64,000 nt of DNA from assembly GCA_013265495.1 (NCBI GenBank), contig MU058781.1:5273050-5337049 (forward strand). The letters are read 5' to 3'. The DNA is from Vicugna vicugna. Its lineage: Eukaryota. Shown piece after piece: positions 25,961 through 38,149 of this stretch. The position numbers and the translations under genes were made by a program. The notes beneath the pieces were generated by a model. That model made no database searches. It saw only the letters and a program-made list of their open reading frames with translations, and had not been told where the DNA came from. How positions within the stretch are numbered: the stretch's first letter is position 1; each line of letters opens with the position of its first letter.

Positions 25961-26621
25961 GGATAGTATGTTTTAAATCACTTTTTTCATAAAATGAAGT
26001 TTTTAAGACACTTTGTTTCCTTTAAGAAGAGGCTGTTTACTTCTCAAAATGAAGAAACACTGCTAAAAATACAAGGAATGGTCAGAGAGGAACCAGCTGA
26101 GGGGACGTGGCGCTCTGTGATCTGACCACTCGCCCATGCTGATCCCGAGCTGGGTCTCATTGGATGCGGCGCCGAGTTTGCCGGCTCATCATTAGCTATT
26201 ACACGTACACATGCACTGGCTTGAGGTCTTTAGAACATAAAAAAGATTGTCCACCGGTCCTTCTGCCTATTTAATCTGCCTTTCTACATGACAACCTCTG
26301 TTCCCTTCACAGAGCCAGAATGCCGTGAGCTACTTCTAAAATCAATTATTCAGGATCTTGGAGGCTGGGAGACGCAGCAGAAGTTCCCTGGAGTATTTTG
26401 AAGTAAACATCAAATTACGAATGAAGAGCTCTTTCTAAATAGGTCGAAGGAGTTGGGAACAGGGACCTAAGTGGATGGGCTGGATTCCAACCCCTGCCTA
26501 ACCTTCAGGAACACTTCTTCCCCAGCATGAGCCTGAGTCTGCCTGCCGGGAAAGCTCTCGGGAATCCTTGGGGGTAATGCCCCTGCCTCTGAGTCTAGTG
26601 CAAAGGTTCTCTGATGCATAC

Positions 26622-26714
26622 TGCGTGTGTATGTGTGTGTGTGCACACGTGTGTGTGTGTGTGTGCACGTGCACGTGCACATGCACATGCGTGTGTGTGT
26701 GTGTGTGTGTGTGT
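26622..26714. repeat. Compound (TG)n microsatellite, 93 bp of unbroken purine/pyrimidine alternation
   Basis: direct reading; includes palindrome tgtgcacgtgcacgtgcaca at 26662-26681. Confidence 0.95.
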
Positions 26715-27439
26715 TAGGAAAGAATCCTTTTCTCCAGGCCTGGTTCCTCCCTCTGAGCGTCATTGGCCAGTAATGAAGACATGCTGCCTCCTCTGCTGAG
26801 GCTGCAGAGAGGGGAGGGGAGGGTGGGCCCAGTGCAGGTGGGAAAAGTGGGCTGGATGGCCTCTGGCTCACAGGAAGCCCTCTCCAGGCCGCCTTCCCAA
26901 GGCCTGACTTCCAGCCCTCCCACGGCCCACCTGGGGCAGAGGGCAACGGCAGCTGCCTGGAGCAAGGTTTAGATGAGCAGGAGATAGTCTGACCAGGGGT
27001 GAAAGCTGGACCCAAGAATTTTTTGGAATGGAAGGATGAACAGTACAAGGTTTATAATTAGATTCCTTATTACTCTGAGTTTCCAAAACAGGCCAGGCAG
27101 CGCCCATGGATCAGGCCTCCAGAGGGCCCTCCTAGGGGCCATAGGCCAGTTTGCTCTCTCCTCTTCTCTCCACAGAAAACAGTGAAGCATGTAGGCCACC
27201 TTGGAAATGTCCTCTTACTGTACCTCTGGGAGTGGAAAGGATTGTCTGGGCCTTGGCTGAGGAATGACAGCTTATGTCATCTTTTGCCAAGTACTAGAAA
27301 ATTCACCTTGAACACACATGCACAAAATCCCCATAATGCTTAAATAAACTATAATACATCCACGTGTGATGCCTATATACTTTTACAGAGGATGCGATCT
27401 TTTCATCACAAGCATTATGTTTTAATTAAACACTAATCA

Positions 27440-28400
27440 GTGGGCACAAAGTTATAGTTAAGCAAGTTAAGCTTTAAAGATCTGCTGGTCAGAATGGCCC
27501 TCATCAAAAAGAACACAGATAACAAATATTGGTGAGGATGTGGAGAAAAGGGAACCCTCTTAACGCTGTTGGTAGGAATGTAAACTAGTGCAGCCACTAT
27601 GGAAAACAGTACGGAGGTTTCTCAAAAAAACGAAAAACAGAGCTACCATATGACCCAATAATTCCACTCTTGGGTATATATCCAAAAAAAATAAAAACAC
27701 TAATTTGAAAAGATACATGCACCCCAATATCCACAGCAGCATTATTTACAACTGTCAAGGTATGGAAGCAACCTAAGTGTCCATCAACAGATGAATGGAT
27801 AAAGACAATGTGGTAGACGCGCGCGCACACACACACACACAATGGAATGCTACTCAGCCATAAAAAAGATTGGAATTTTGCCATTTGCAGCAACATGGAT
27901 GGACTTGGAGGGCATTATGCTAAGTGAAATAAGTCAGACAGAGAAAGACAAATACTGTATGATATCTCTTATATGTGGAATCTGAAAAATACAGCAAGCT
28001 AGTCAACATAACAAAAAAGAAACAGACTCACAGATAGAGAGAACAGACTAGTGGTTACCAGTGGGGAGAGGAAAAGGGGGAGGGACAATATAGGCATAGC
28101 AGATTATGAGGTAAAAACTACTGTGTATAAACTAAGCTACAAGGATAGATTGTACAACATGGGGAATACAGCCAATATTTTATAATAACTGTAAGTGGAG
28201 TATAACCTTTAAAAATGGTGAATTACTATATTGCACACCTGTAACATACGATATTGTACATCAACTATACTTCAATAAAAAATAAAGATCTGCTGTACAA
28301 CATTGTACCCATAGTTAATAGTACTGTATTGTACACTTAAATATTTGTTAACAGGGTAGATCTCATGTTAATTGTTCTTACCACACTAAAATAAAATAGA
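27440..28400 (+). mobile_element. Old L1 3' end (L1MB1/2-like), split by a younger L1
   Basis: 27440-27487 and 28296-28400 rejoin as aaagatctgctgtacaacattgtacccatagttaatagtactgtattgtacactt...gggtagatctcatgtt. Confidence 0.8.
27488..28282 (+). mobile_element. Younger 5'-truncated L1 (cetartiodactyl type), ORF2 end plus 3'UTR
   Basis: well-preserved L1 3' end; perfect 13-bp TSD taaagatctgctg at 27475-27487 and 28283-28295. Confidence 0.93.
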
Positions 28401-28912
28401 AAGTATATTTAATGAAAAGTAAGCTTTCTCCACTTCAGGTTTTCTCATCAGAGGCAAGGACTATATCCTGCAAATATGTCTCTAGGCCTTGACAAAATTG
28501 CACATGTGTAGGTGGGCACGTATGTGCTGTTTTCACACTCACGGGAGAATGCCACGCCCAGTATGCGGGATCTTACTTTATTCACTTGACAACGTATCTA
28601 AGAGTTCTTCTCACGCCTACACAGAACCAGCTAACTCATTTTTAAATCTTTATGCTATGGGTACTGCAGTGAACATTTCATACGTATGTCTCTCATCAGG
28701 TGTGCAAGTTTACTTGCCAGATGTATTCCTAGCAGTGGGACTGTTAGATCAAAGGTATATGAATTTTTTATTTTGATAGATATTGACAAATTGCCCTCTA
28801 AGGAGAACATGTTGATTTAAATTCCCTGCCTCTCTGCACTCTTACCAGGGTTGTACATTTTCAAACTTTCTGATCTTTGCAAAATGTGTAAGTAAAGAAG
28901 TGTGTCTCAAGT
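28400..28912 (-). mobile_element. Ancient L1 (L1ME-like)
   Basis: ctgcagtgaacatt...attcctagcagtgggactgttagatcaaaggtat...ttgatagatattgacaaattgccctc. Confidence 0.7.
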
Positions 28913-28919
28913 GATTTTC

Positions 28920-29230
28920 TTGCTTCCAGTCTTACCCCCTTCAATTCACTAACCACCCTGCTATTTCTCAAACGTGAATCTGATCCTGTAACTCAGCTGT
29001 ACTGAAGTCTTCCATGACTCCTCATTGTCCTTGGGATAAAGTTCTGTTTCCTTGACTGGCTCACCAGGTCCTTAGTGTTTGGGCCCTTGCTCAGGGCCGT
29101 CATCATCCTCCGTGCTTCAGCCGTGCTAGGCTAGTCTGCCTTCCTCAGCCAGGTCCCACTCCTCTCTCCTCTGCTCAGGCCTCTCTGTGTCCCTCCTGTC
29201 TGCAGACACTCTCCCCTGCCCGCGCACATT
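28920..29230 (+). mobile_element. L2 LINE fragment
   Basis: aatctgatcctgtaactc...cttccatgactcctcattgtccttgggataaagttc. Confidence 0.65.
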
Positions 29231-30589
29231 CATGCCTACTTTATAGAATTTCACAAGCTCTTATGTTGCTGTTGACATCTTACAATAGATCCGTTTACAT
29301 TAACAGAGTTCATGGGTTGGAAAAATTACCTTAAAGCCTCAAAGCAATGAGTTTCTCTTTACTTCAAGGCTCCAGATGGCTCCGGGCACTTCACTAAAAA
29401 GTGAAAAGTGCTTCCTGTTGACTCAGAATGAGAGGATTGCTCAGCCACCTACTTCCGCTTAGCAAGGCTCCACAGAGATGAAGTGGAGGGAGGACTAATG
29501 AGACGACAGCTATGAAACCCCAGCACGTGTGCTTGCCTAGCAGTTTATTGCTATTTTGGTTACTACTATGAGCGTGAAAGTCAGGGGTACTCAGCACGGT
29601 TGTATTCATCAAGCAAAAAGATGTTAACTCTTTTGTGTATTAGGCGTTGAGCAATTCAAAGTATGTGTGTATCTCTGTCCCTCCAAGCAAGCTGGGACAC
29701 ATTAAGCCAAACACCATGTGGGATGGTCTCAGCAGAAAGAAGAGCTCCAAGAGTTGTCTCTGTGGGGGTAGCTCATCAGAGAAAAAGGATGTCCAGGGCC
29801 TGGCATCAAGTGGCCTGAAAGAGGAAGAAAGGGAGGTTGTCCACACAGGATGGGTGGAGGGGAAGGGAGGGAAGCGCTTGGTAGGAAACAAAACAAACAC
29901 GTCCAGGACAAGACTGCACAATAAAAGGAAGAACAGAGAGCTTACTGTGCCAGTTAGAGAATTAGTAAAGTGCGTGGACTGGCAAATCGGCATGTGGAAC
30001 GGGATGATCGAGAAGGGTCATCAGTGAAAAGGACCACCACTTAAAGTGTAGCTGGACTCCAGCTTCAGTGTGACTAGGGCCCTCGAGGTCTGGTTAAAGT
30101 GGGTGGAAACTGCCCCTCAGCTATGGTTACAGTCATAGTGCAAAAATAGAACCGGGACGATGAGAAAAACCTGAAGGGAGATGAACCATTCCTAGTCTGT
30201 TCACTCCTTGCATGCTGCTTCAATTCAGCCTTACTAAACCAGCGCCAACCTGTAGAAAGACGGGGGCGTTTTCCACTCAATTAATCATTCAGCTGCTCTC
30301 CCAAAGGAACAATCTGCCAATAAGATGCATTTGAAAGGATGGTAGGAGACAGCCGACTATTAAGCAGCGGAATGATGTGAACTTTCAGCTCACTTTCAAA
30401 GTCTCAGAGGAGAACAAGTGAAACAGAATACTTTTAAAGACTTAGGAGTTCTCTCTCTCCCGCTTTGCAACATTTATGAAAAACCAATGAAAAATTTCTG
30501 CATGATTATAGATTCTCCAATCAAGTTTCCCTTGGGTTATTATTCAGAGAGACTTAGTGAGAGATCCTATTGCTGATAATGAACGTGAT

Positions 30590-30830
30590 AATAAAAGTAA
30601 TTTCCATCATTTGCATAGGTCATTGTGGTTCATACAGCTCTTCCACTTACATGGTCAGGTTTCATCTCCACAAGAACACTCAGGCGTTACATATTCCCAT
30701 TTTATAGATAAGAACGTTGGCCCAGGCTTATGCTGCCAGAACTTGGTAGATGGTAGAGGTCAGAAGAGCAGAAAGCTAGGTTTATGCAGGACTGTAACTC
30801 TAACTTCCCTCTGCTTTCCTCTCTGCCCTG
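30590..30830 (-). mobile_element. MIR SINE
   Basis: tattcccattttatagataagaa core. Confidence 0.6.
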
Positions 30831-31159
30831 GTGGACGAAGACCACCAGACATTGGCATTGAACTTCACTCTCCGTGCAGAGTGCCACTAACTTAGAGTTC
30901 TCACATGTGGGAACCTCTTTATGACCCAAGGGGTTGGAGACTCACCCAGTTACAGGCAGAGCTGAGCAACCAAGGGCCTTGCGGCCAGCCTCATTAGGCA
31001 AGAGTGAAAAGGATCCATGGACTTCTAAGGTCAGCTTCCCAGGAGCAGGGGCCCTTGTTTCCAGTGCAGAGTTAGGTCCCTGTAGGCACCAGCTCTGCGT
31101 CCTGTGCTTCCTTCAGCAGCCCCCTTCTTTGCCTGTTGCCAGAACACAAGCCCTTTGAA

Positions 31160-31400
31160 CCGGTGTTTGTCAAAGTGTTCATCAGAATGCTTGGGAAGAT
31201 GTCTTGAGGCCCTGGAATGGTGGAGGGGGTGATGGGAGGATTCTGTGATCAAATGAGCTTGGGAAATGCTCTTGAAGATTTATATGCACATTAGTATATT
31301 AAAGTTTCTGGGAAATGCCACAGTAAAGAACTGTTTAATTTTATTTATTTCTATGGTTCTGAACCTCTCTCTTTCCTATAACCCCTATTAATGTCTAGTG
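31160..31400. mobile_element. hAT-Charlie MITE (MER103-like)
   Basis: gatcaaatgagcttgggaaatgct...atgcacattagtatattaaag...cagtaaagaactgtttaa. Confidence 0.6.
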
Positions 31401-31635
31401 AAATATTTCTCTACCCAGTACGGAGTGGTATAATTATGCAACACTCCAAAATATTACAGAACACAGAATGTCCTGGAAATGCATAGCTCCTTGTACATGA
31501 CTTGGTATACAGCCTACGATTGTTGAAAATCTTAAGGTATTTTGTAAATTTTTAGGGGTCAAGTTGTACTACGTATGTGAAAGAATGAAGCTATAACCAA
31601 TTCAACAACAGTGTTTGTTTGATAATGGTATAGAT

Positions 31636-31811
31636 CAGTGGTTCTCAAATTTTGTTGCAATTAGAATCACTGGAGGAGCTTTAAAAACTTTGACACCCAG
31701 GTTGCGCCCAAATCTATTAAATCAGAAACTGGGGAGGTTGTAACCAAGGCATCAGTATTTGCAAAGTTCTCCAGGTGATTTCAATGTATATGCAAAGTCA
31801 GAAACCAAAAG
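31636..31811. mobile_element. MER5A-family hAT-Charlie MITE
   Basis: cagtggttctcaaa...ttagaatcactggaggagc...ctccaggtgatttcaatgt. Confidence 0.8.
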
Positions 31812-32371
31812 CGTAAGTGATCACCCTAAAGCAAAGAGCATATGAGAGACTGAGGAGAACTTCTGGGAACTTATTTGGGCCACTTAAAAATTATCCATGA
31901 GTTTGTGAAATAGCTCCCCTCCTGTCAAGAATAAGACAAACACTAGTGACTTGGCTTATCATTTTACAGGTCTAATTGGTAAACATGTGTTCCTAATATG
32001 CCTATGATTGGTTTAATTATACACAAATAAGTTTGGCTTATGTATACTGCAGAAAGCTGCAGATGTGAAGTTTTAATTATCACATCACGTGGCAATTTAG
32101 TTCAAGATGGACAAATACAGGTTATGATGAAAGAGCCTGAACAGTTGGCTCAGAAAATGGGTTTTGGGGAATACACAGCACAGTTGGCTTCTGAACCCAC
32201 TACTGAATTCAGAATGCTGAATGCTCTGCGGGAATACTTCCCTTCAAAAACTGCTTGTATAAATATACACATCATGAATACATACTAACAGTGGTTGAGA
32301 GCTAAAATTCAGGTTATTTTAATCACTCAGAAAAGCCATGAGGAAAGAGGAGACACTTAAGATGGGTTGGA

Positions 32372-32536
32372 AAGGGGAGGGTGTAGCTCAGTTGCAGAGA
32401 ATGTGCTTAGCATGCACCCCCAGTACCTCCGTTAAAAAAATAATAATAAAATGTAAAAATAAATGAATAAACCTAATTACCTCCCTCCCACAAGAAAAGA
32501 AAAAGAAAATTTTAGAAGATTAAAATAATAAATAAA
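32372..32536 (+). mobile_element. Camelid tRNA-Ala-derived SINE (Vic-1-like) with B box deleted
   Basis: ggggagggtgtagctcagttgcagagaatgtgcttagcatgcac|ccccagtacctcc aligns to tRNA-Ala(AGC); A-rich linker, aaacctaattacctccc, A tail; TSD aagatggg(t/a)tgga at 32359-32371 and 32537-32549. Confidence 0.88.
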
Positions 32537-32639
32537 AAGATGGGATGGAGTCAAGAAATTTTTGGAGCTAGAACTCTGAAGAAAGAATAGACCACAGGGA
32601 GACCATATAGTGAGTTCTGAGTAGTTGGGGATAAAGTAA

Positions 32640-32930
32640 AAATAATAATAGCTGGACTTTACTGAGCACTTCCTACCTCCAGGCTGTACCCCTAAGGGCT
32701 TTACCTGTTACTTCATTTAGCCCTCACTTATGAGGGAGATGTGATGATTATTTCCATTTTCCTGGTGAGGAATTTGTGGAGATCAAATGAGCTAATGTGT
32801 ACTAGGTGCATGGCACCTTAGCTGGAAAATGACGAACACCCAACAGTGGTAGCTCCTTTTTCTGGATCATAGACTCATAGAATGTCAGAGCTGGAAGACT
32901 TTAGAAATCATTAGTGAGACCCATTTTGTT
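32640..32930. mobile_element. MIR cluster (minus, plus, and MIR3-like pieces)
   Basis: tttactgagcacttcctac; gagatcaaatgagctaatg; atcatagactcatagaatgtcagagctggaag. Confidence 0.65.
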
Positions 32931-33246
32931 TCTTAAAAAAAATAAAACTGTAACAAGACAGGAATTCAGTATTTGGGGTCTGCTTGAGATTCAAGTTATT
33001 CAGGTGAAGCAAGAGGAAATGGCCATTTCATTTGATGCTCGAGGGAAATATTTCTATAATTGGTAACAAAATTTAAGTATATGTGGTTAAATATGGTGTC
33101 ACAAAGGCTATTCTGCCTCTTTATCTTGTGAAGAATTGTTCCTGCAATTGAGGTACAGTGCCACCAGGGGGAGATAAGGAACAAAAGTCACTTGGATCAA
33201 GCTCCCAAGTATTTCAGTTTTTCTGTGATTCAGGATAATGGCTCTC

Positions 33247-33750
33247 CATAAAAAATAATAAAATAATGCCATCTACCGAAACATGGATGGACCTGGAGAT
33301 CGTCATTCTAAGTGAAGTAGGCCAGAAAGAGAAAGAAAAATACCATATGATATCACTTACATGTGGAATCCAAAAAAAAAGACAAATGAACTTATTTACA
33401 AAACAGAAATAGACTCACAGACATAGAAAACAAACATTGTTACCAGGGTAGGGGGTAGGGGAGGGGGTGGGAAGGGATAAATTGGGAGTTTGAGATTTGC
33501 AGAAACTAACTACTATATATAAAATAGATAAACAACAAGTTTATACTGTATAGAACAGGGAACTATATTCAAAATCTTGTAGTAATCTATAATGAAAATG
33601 AATATATGTATGTATATGTATGGCTGAACTATTATGCTGTACACCAAAAATTGATACAACATTGTAAACTGAGTATACTTCAATTAAAAAAAAAAGACTA
33701 TAACTAAAAAAAAAAGTTTAAAAAAAAATAAATAAATTGAAATTAAAAAA
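33247..33750 (+). mobile_element. Young camelid-type 5'-truncated L1, ORF2 end plus 3'UTR
   Basis: catggatggacctggagatcgtcattctaagtgaagt; G-rich tract; A tail; TSD gata(a/g)tggct(c/t)tc at 33234-33246 and 33751-33763. Confidence 0.92.
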
Positions 33751-33885
33751 GATAGTGGCTTTCTGATTAACTCACTCCCCCACTAAAGAATACATTTTCA
33801 AATTTTGAGTAAACTATATATCTTCTAAAATATAAAAATAAGCCATCTTTAAACAAACCCTCTACTGAAAGATAATACCTTAGAA

Positions 33886-34104
33886 ATGGGATTTAGCAAA
33901 CTTTTTCCATAAAGGGCTAGAGAGTAAATATTTTTGGCTTTGTGAACCATGAAGCAGCTGTTCCAACTACTCAAACTCTGCCCTTATAACAGGAAAGTAG
34001 CCATAGGCAATATGTAAATGAATGAGTGAAGATACATTCCAATAAAACTTTATTTACAAAAACAGTTGGTGGGCTGGATTTGGCCCATGGTTTGCCGATT
34101 TCTG
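33886..34104 (+). mobile_element. MER58A hAT-Charlie MITE
   Basis: gcaaactttttccataaagggc...ttccaataaaactttatttacaaaaacag; 8-bp TSD ccttagaa/ccttaaaa. Confidence 0.88.
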
Positions 34105-34114
34105 CCTTAAAATA

Positions 34115-34408
34115 AGTCCGGCAGATGTGATTGTCTACAGTGAAGCAGGTTGAGTGGGGTCCCTGATGAATCAAGGAGCGCATCTTCCACTTAACAGCTG
34201 ACCCCACTCAGCTCCAGCTGACAGTGGCCACACAGATGTGAGCCCAGTGTAGCCAGAAGTTTCTATTTTTCAAAAATGCTGGAAATTTAGATATTTTTAT
34301 GTGAGTTTCGAATTTTAAAAAATGGTAATTAATTCAGACAACCACCACCTTGGGTACCCAGCAGAAAAAACTGGCAGACTGCATGCAGTCCCGTTGTGCA
34401 GCTTCTGC
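34115..34408. mobile_element. MER102-like hAT-Charlie element
   Basis: cagatgtgagcccagtgtagccaga...gctggaaatttagatatttttatgtga. Confidence 0.55.
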
Positions 34409-34480
34409 TGCTGAGTAATTTAAAAAATTAACCAATATGCTCAAGACACAGATGTGGAGATTTCTACCATCATCCTTCTT

Positions 34481-34680
34481 TTTGTTTGTTTTAATTTAAT
34501 AAATCTGACATGTAACATTGTGTCAGCTTAAGGTGTACAAGGTGTTACTCTGACACACTTGTATATTGTTTATGATTGCCGAGGTAGCAATATTTATCGC
34601 ATTACATAATGATGGTGCTATATTACTGTCAGTATTCATTACACTGTGCATTAGATCTCTATGGCTTATTTATTACCTGT
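34481..34680 (-). mobile_element. Short 5'-truncated L1 3' end (L1MA9-like)
   Basis: tgacatgtaacattgtgtcagcttaaggtgtaca...ctgtgcattagatctc; 16-bp TSD taccat(c/t)atccttctt at 34465-34480 and 34681-34696. Confidence 0.85.
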
Positions 34681-34696
34681 TACCATTATCCTTCTT

Positions 34697-34938
34697 AATA
34701 TAAGCAGACTCTTATAGCACTGATCAAGTGGTAGGCCTTGTTCTAAGTGCTTTATATATATTAGCTTATGAAGTCTCCTCACAACCACCTTGTAAGGTGG
34801 ATGCTATTACTATTTCACCTCAGGCAAAGAGAGGTTGAGTAACTTGCTCAAGGTCACACAGCTATCCTGTGGCAGAGCTGGGATTTGAACCAAGGCCACA
34901 TGAAAGCAGCATCTGTGCACGGAAACCACTGCACTCTT
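34697..34938 (-). mobile_element. MIR SINE
   Basis: gagaggttgagtaacttgctcaaggtcacacagcta...ggcagagctgggatttgaacc. Confidence 0.85.
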
Positions 34939-35819
34939 CCAGCCTCCCTCCTGGGGCCACCGCCCACTTCTCACTCGGCACTAAGCTTCAGCCACAGAAA
35001 TAGAAGGAGACAGAAAGACCCTTGCTCTCTCTTCTCACTGGACTTGGCTCAAAGTCCCTTCCCAGTCACCTTATCTTTCTGTTCTACTGTGGACTTGGGG
35101 CTCTAGGGAAAAGTCATGTCTGAGGTGCCTTCCTCAGCAAATGTCAACTCAGAGGCTGGGTTCATTCCATTACTTCCGTCTGCATTTTATTATAATTATT
35201 TTGTGTAAAGCCCCACTCTACTCTGGAATTTGGATTAACTCTACACACAATATTTGGCTTAATTATCCACCTTGCTTTTCTAATTTGTCCTAGTAAGCCC
35301 CAAGCAAATGATTTCAGATACATGTGGAAAGATTTTTTCTTAAAGTCATAGTACTGAATTTAGGGACAGAAAAGAGATGAACATTGTTTTGGAAGGACAG
35401 TGAGAATTCATATCTAACTTTGATGAGAGGAAAGTATATCAGTTTTCAGAGAGAAGAGCAAATTTTTATTTTTTCTAGCAAACTTAAAAAAATGGCAAAT
35501 TCGGTACTTGTATCACTTTTCTGAAATGCAGCTGTAAGTTTTGCTGTTGATTTTTGAAGATACTCTGCAAAGTAATTTCAGCTGCAAAGGAAATGCAGGA
35601 GGCAAAACAAATTACAGTCCCCCTTAAAAAATGCAAATACCTCTGGGAGGCCAGTGGAGCTATCAGTCATACATAATTTAATATGCAATACTTTTTTCAG
35701 CAAAACTTTCATTCTGAAGCCCAGGGAAGCTGGAATCTATTGGGAAAGGGAAATAGTTTTTGAATTCTGGGGTCATGTGAGGTTCATGGCAAGAAGGGAT
35801 ATGGCTTCATGATAAAAAC

Positions 35820-35901
35820 ATTGTCCCAATTTTAAAACTGAAAGTCCCATATCCCAGGAATCCTCTCAGTCCCAGGCAAACTGGAACACTTGGTGACCCT
35901 A
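35820..35901 (+). mobile_element. MER81 fragment (3' part)
   Basis: actgaaagtcccatatcccaggaatcctctcagtcccaggcaaactgg...tggtgacccta; homologous to 180-293. Confidence 0.8.
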
Positions 35902-36014
35902 AAATATTTGGACGCTGTGCGTGATTTCCTATCTAACTCTCCAGTCCCACAGTTCTCCTGTCCCCACAGCCAAGCCTGCTTCACCTCTCCATGCAGCTGT
36001 GGCCCCCAGGCTCT

Positions 36015-36172
36015 AAATAACTTCCTTGAGCACTAGAATCACCTGGATTCCGGTAAAAACACAGATTCCCAGGCTGCCCTCCCAGCGATTCTCATTCAAA
36101 GGTGTAGGGCAGGTTTTGGAAATCTGTAAGTTCACCCAGAACTCCAGGGGGAAGTTTGGGCAGCAAGCACTG
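36015..36172. mobile_element. MER5-family MITE
   Basis: tagaatcacctgg...aaacacagattcccaggc...gattctcattca. Confidence 0.65.
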
Positions 36173-36709
36173 GGTAGTTCGTATTCCGGGGCCGTACAAG
36201 GACCTCTCGTCCAATAATCAGGAGACTCAGCAGGGATCCCCACATCCTGTGATCTGACTTGACCCTGGCCCACTGCTAGCAGCTGGGTTTCCAGAAAGCT
36301 CTGCACTCACAAAGATTAGGGACTATCTCTGAATCTTTGTCCAGAGGCTGACCTTTTCGGCCTCCGGACAGAGGTCTCTGGTGCATCCTGCCTTCCTGAA
36401 TCTTTTAAATAGCTTGTTCTGGGAGATGCTGTCTCCTGTCTCTGAACTCTGACATCACCTGCCTGCCAAGAAGGTCACCTCTTGCCTGTCATCATCCTCT
36501 GTAGCTTAACTGCCATGGGGCATCATCCCACCTCTACCTGCAGGGGCAGCTCCCCTCCCCCTCCATGAGAATCTCCACAGGTCCTGGCCTTTTCCAGTTT
36601 CTCCCACAGACTGTTTAACTCTTTTCTGTCCAGATGTTTTAAGAGATTCAATAGTGTGAGAAGACTGCAAAAGGCAGGGGATACTTTTGAAGGATGTGAA
36701 CCCCTGAAC

Positions 36710-36915
36710 TGAATGCTGAGGTTGAATTCCAGCTGTGTGACCCTGGGCCTCAGTTCTTCATCTGTAAAATGGGGGCAATATCAGTAACATAATGACTTCG
36801 CTATTCTGTTGGCAGGGTTAAATGAGAACATCTGTAAAGCATTTAGCACAGTGCCTGGCATATATCAAACTCTCCATGAATGTTAGCTATCATCCTCAAT
36901 GTTATTATTATTATT
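36710..36915 (+). mobile_element. MIR SINE
   Basis: gcctcagttcttcatctgtaaaatgggg...gtaaagcatttagcacagtgcctggcata. Confidence 0.85.
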
Positions 36916-38149
36916 AATGCTATCACCATCATTGTTGCTGCAATGATCATTTGCACCAGGAAGTAGGAGAAAGGCACAAAAGAGAAGGTAGGAGGAGGTC
37001 CTTTTTTTTTTTTAAAGAATTGTCAAGAGCTTCCTGTGCACCTTGGAGTTTTAAAGACACACTGTCCCCCCTCTGCGTCTGTTCCTCCTCCTCATCACAC
37101 AAACTACAGCAGCCATATTTTCAAAGTGAACAACAGGATCTATGACCTGGCCTTTCAGTGGGAAGGAGTTAATAACTAAACCCTTCTAGAAAACTCTGGC
37201 TGTATCGTCCCTATACATATGACCCCTTCTTAGAGAACCAAGAATTAGGGCCAAGATTATTAGGTTCAGTAAAGGTATCATGTATGTATGAAAGCTTTGG
37301 TGGCCTGAGCTATGAGCCCAGCCCCCTTTTGTATTGTGAAGCCCCAACGGCCAATTCACATCTGAATTTTAAGGATAAAACTCGCTGCTGCACAACCACT
37401 GAATGTATCATATTTTGCCCCAACTCAGTGCACTGGAGTAGTCTTCAAAGAGAAATGCATTTACATGAATCAGTTTATCTTTCATTTCATATCAAAGAAA
37501 GCCAATCAGATTATTTCAGCCCAGGGAATCTATTATTAGAGGAATCATTTTGCCTTCTAGCCCTTACTCACTGATGAACAGGATTCATCTTATTTATAAT
37601 CGTCACATGAAAGGCAAGACCCTCGGCAGATGAAAGCAAGCCAATCGCCTCGGCAGAACTCGTGGGCTGACAATAGGGCTGGTTTTTGAGGGTCTCTCCA
37701 GATAGAAGGCCTAGAGCAGAGGAAGGGTCAATTGTACTGTTAATTGAAGAACCACCGAATACTCCGAAGTGTGGTTTTAGCAGTATTTTCTCACCCTTGG
37801 TCTTTTGCATTGCTGAGATCCTCACCAACAGCTCAGGGTGGGAGAAGCATCCTGGTAACAAGCTTTACAGACTTCAGGTCACAGCTAATATTGCACAGGC
37901 ATTGCAGATTTAGAAGGTGTGGACGAGGGTCGCCTGCCACATCAGTAAAGAAAGGATGCTGCACCCATCAGGCCATCAGCCAACCCCTGACTGTGCACCC
38001 CAAGAGGATTCACGATGGGGAAGAAAATGGGATACTGGCTCTAGATAAAGTGCGTATCAAAGGAATGATTTCAATAAGCCCAAACTTTGCATCTTTCCAT
38101 ACAAAGAAAAGCACTAAATTCATCAACATGAGAGGTCTGGGTTTTCTTT

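Noticed and set aside
26467..27048. Longest ORF (193 aa, minus strand)
   Set aside because: It reads through the (CA)n microsatellite (THTHTH), has low complexity and shows no recognisable domain.
27560..27896. Minus-strand ORFs of 60 and 99 aa; similar ones at 5382-5678, 46293-46496 and 51802-52020
   Set aside because: Antisense reads of L1 ORF2/3'UTR, a common source of false hypothetical proteins.
32374..32430. Possible tRNA-Ala gene
   Set aside because: T-arm/B box missing, and it is followed by a SINE body, A tail and TSD; it is a SINE.
35527..35587. Imperfect ~60-nt hairpin (tgcagctg...cagctgca)
   Set aside because: The stem relies on a self-palindromic CAGCTG and is bulged; no resemblance to a miRNA I can name.
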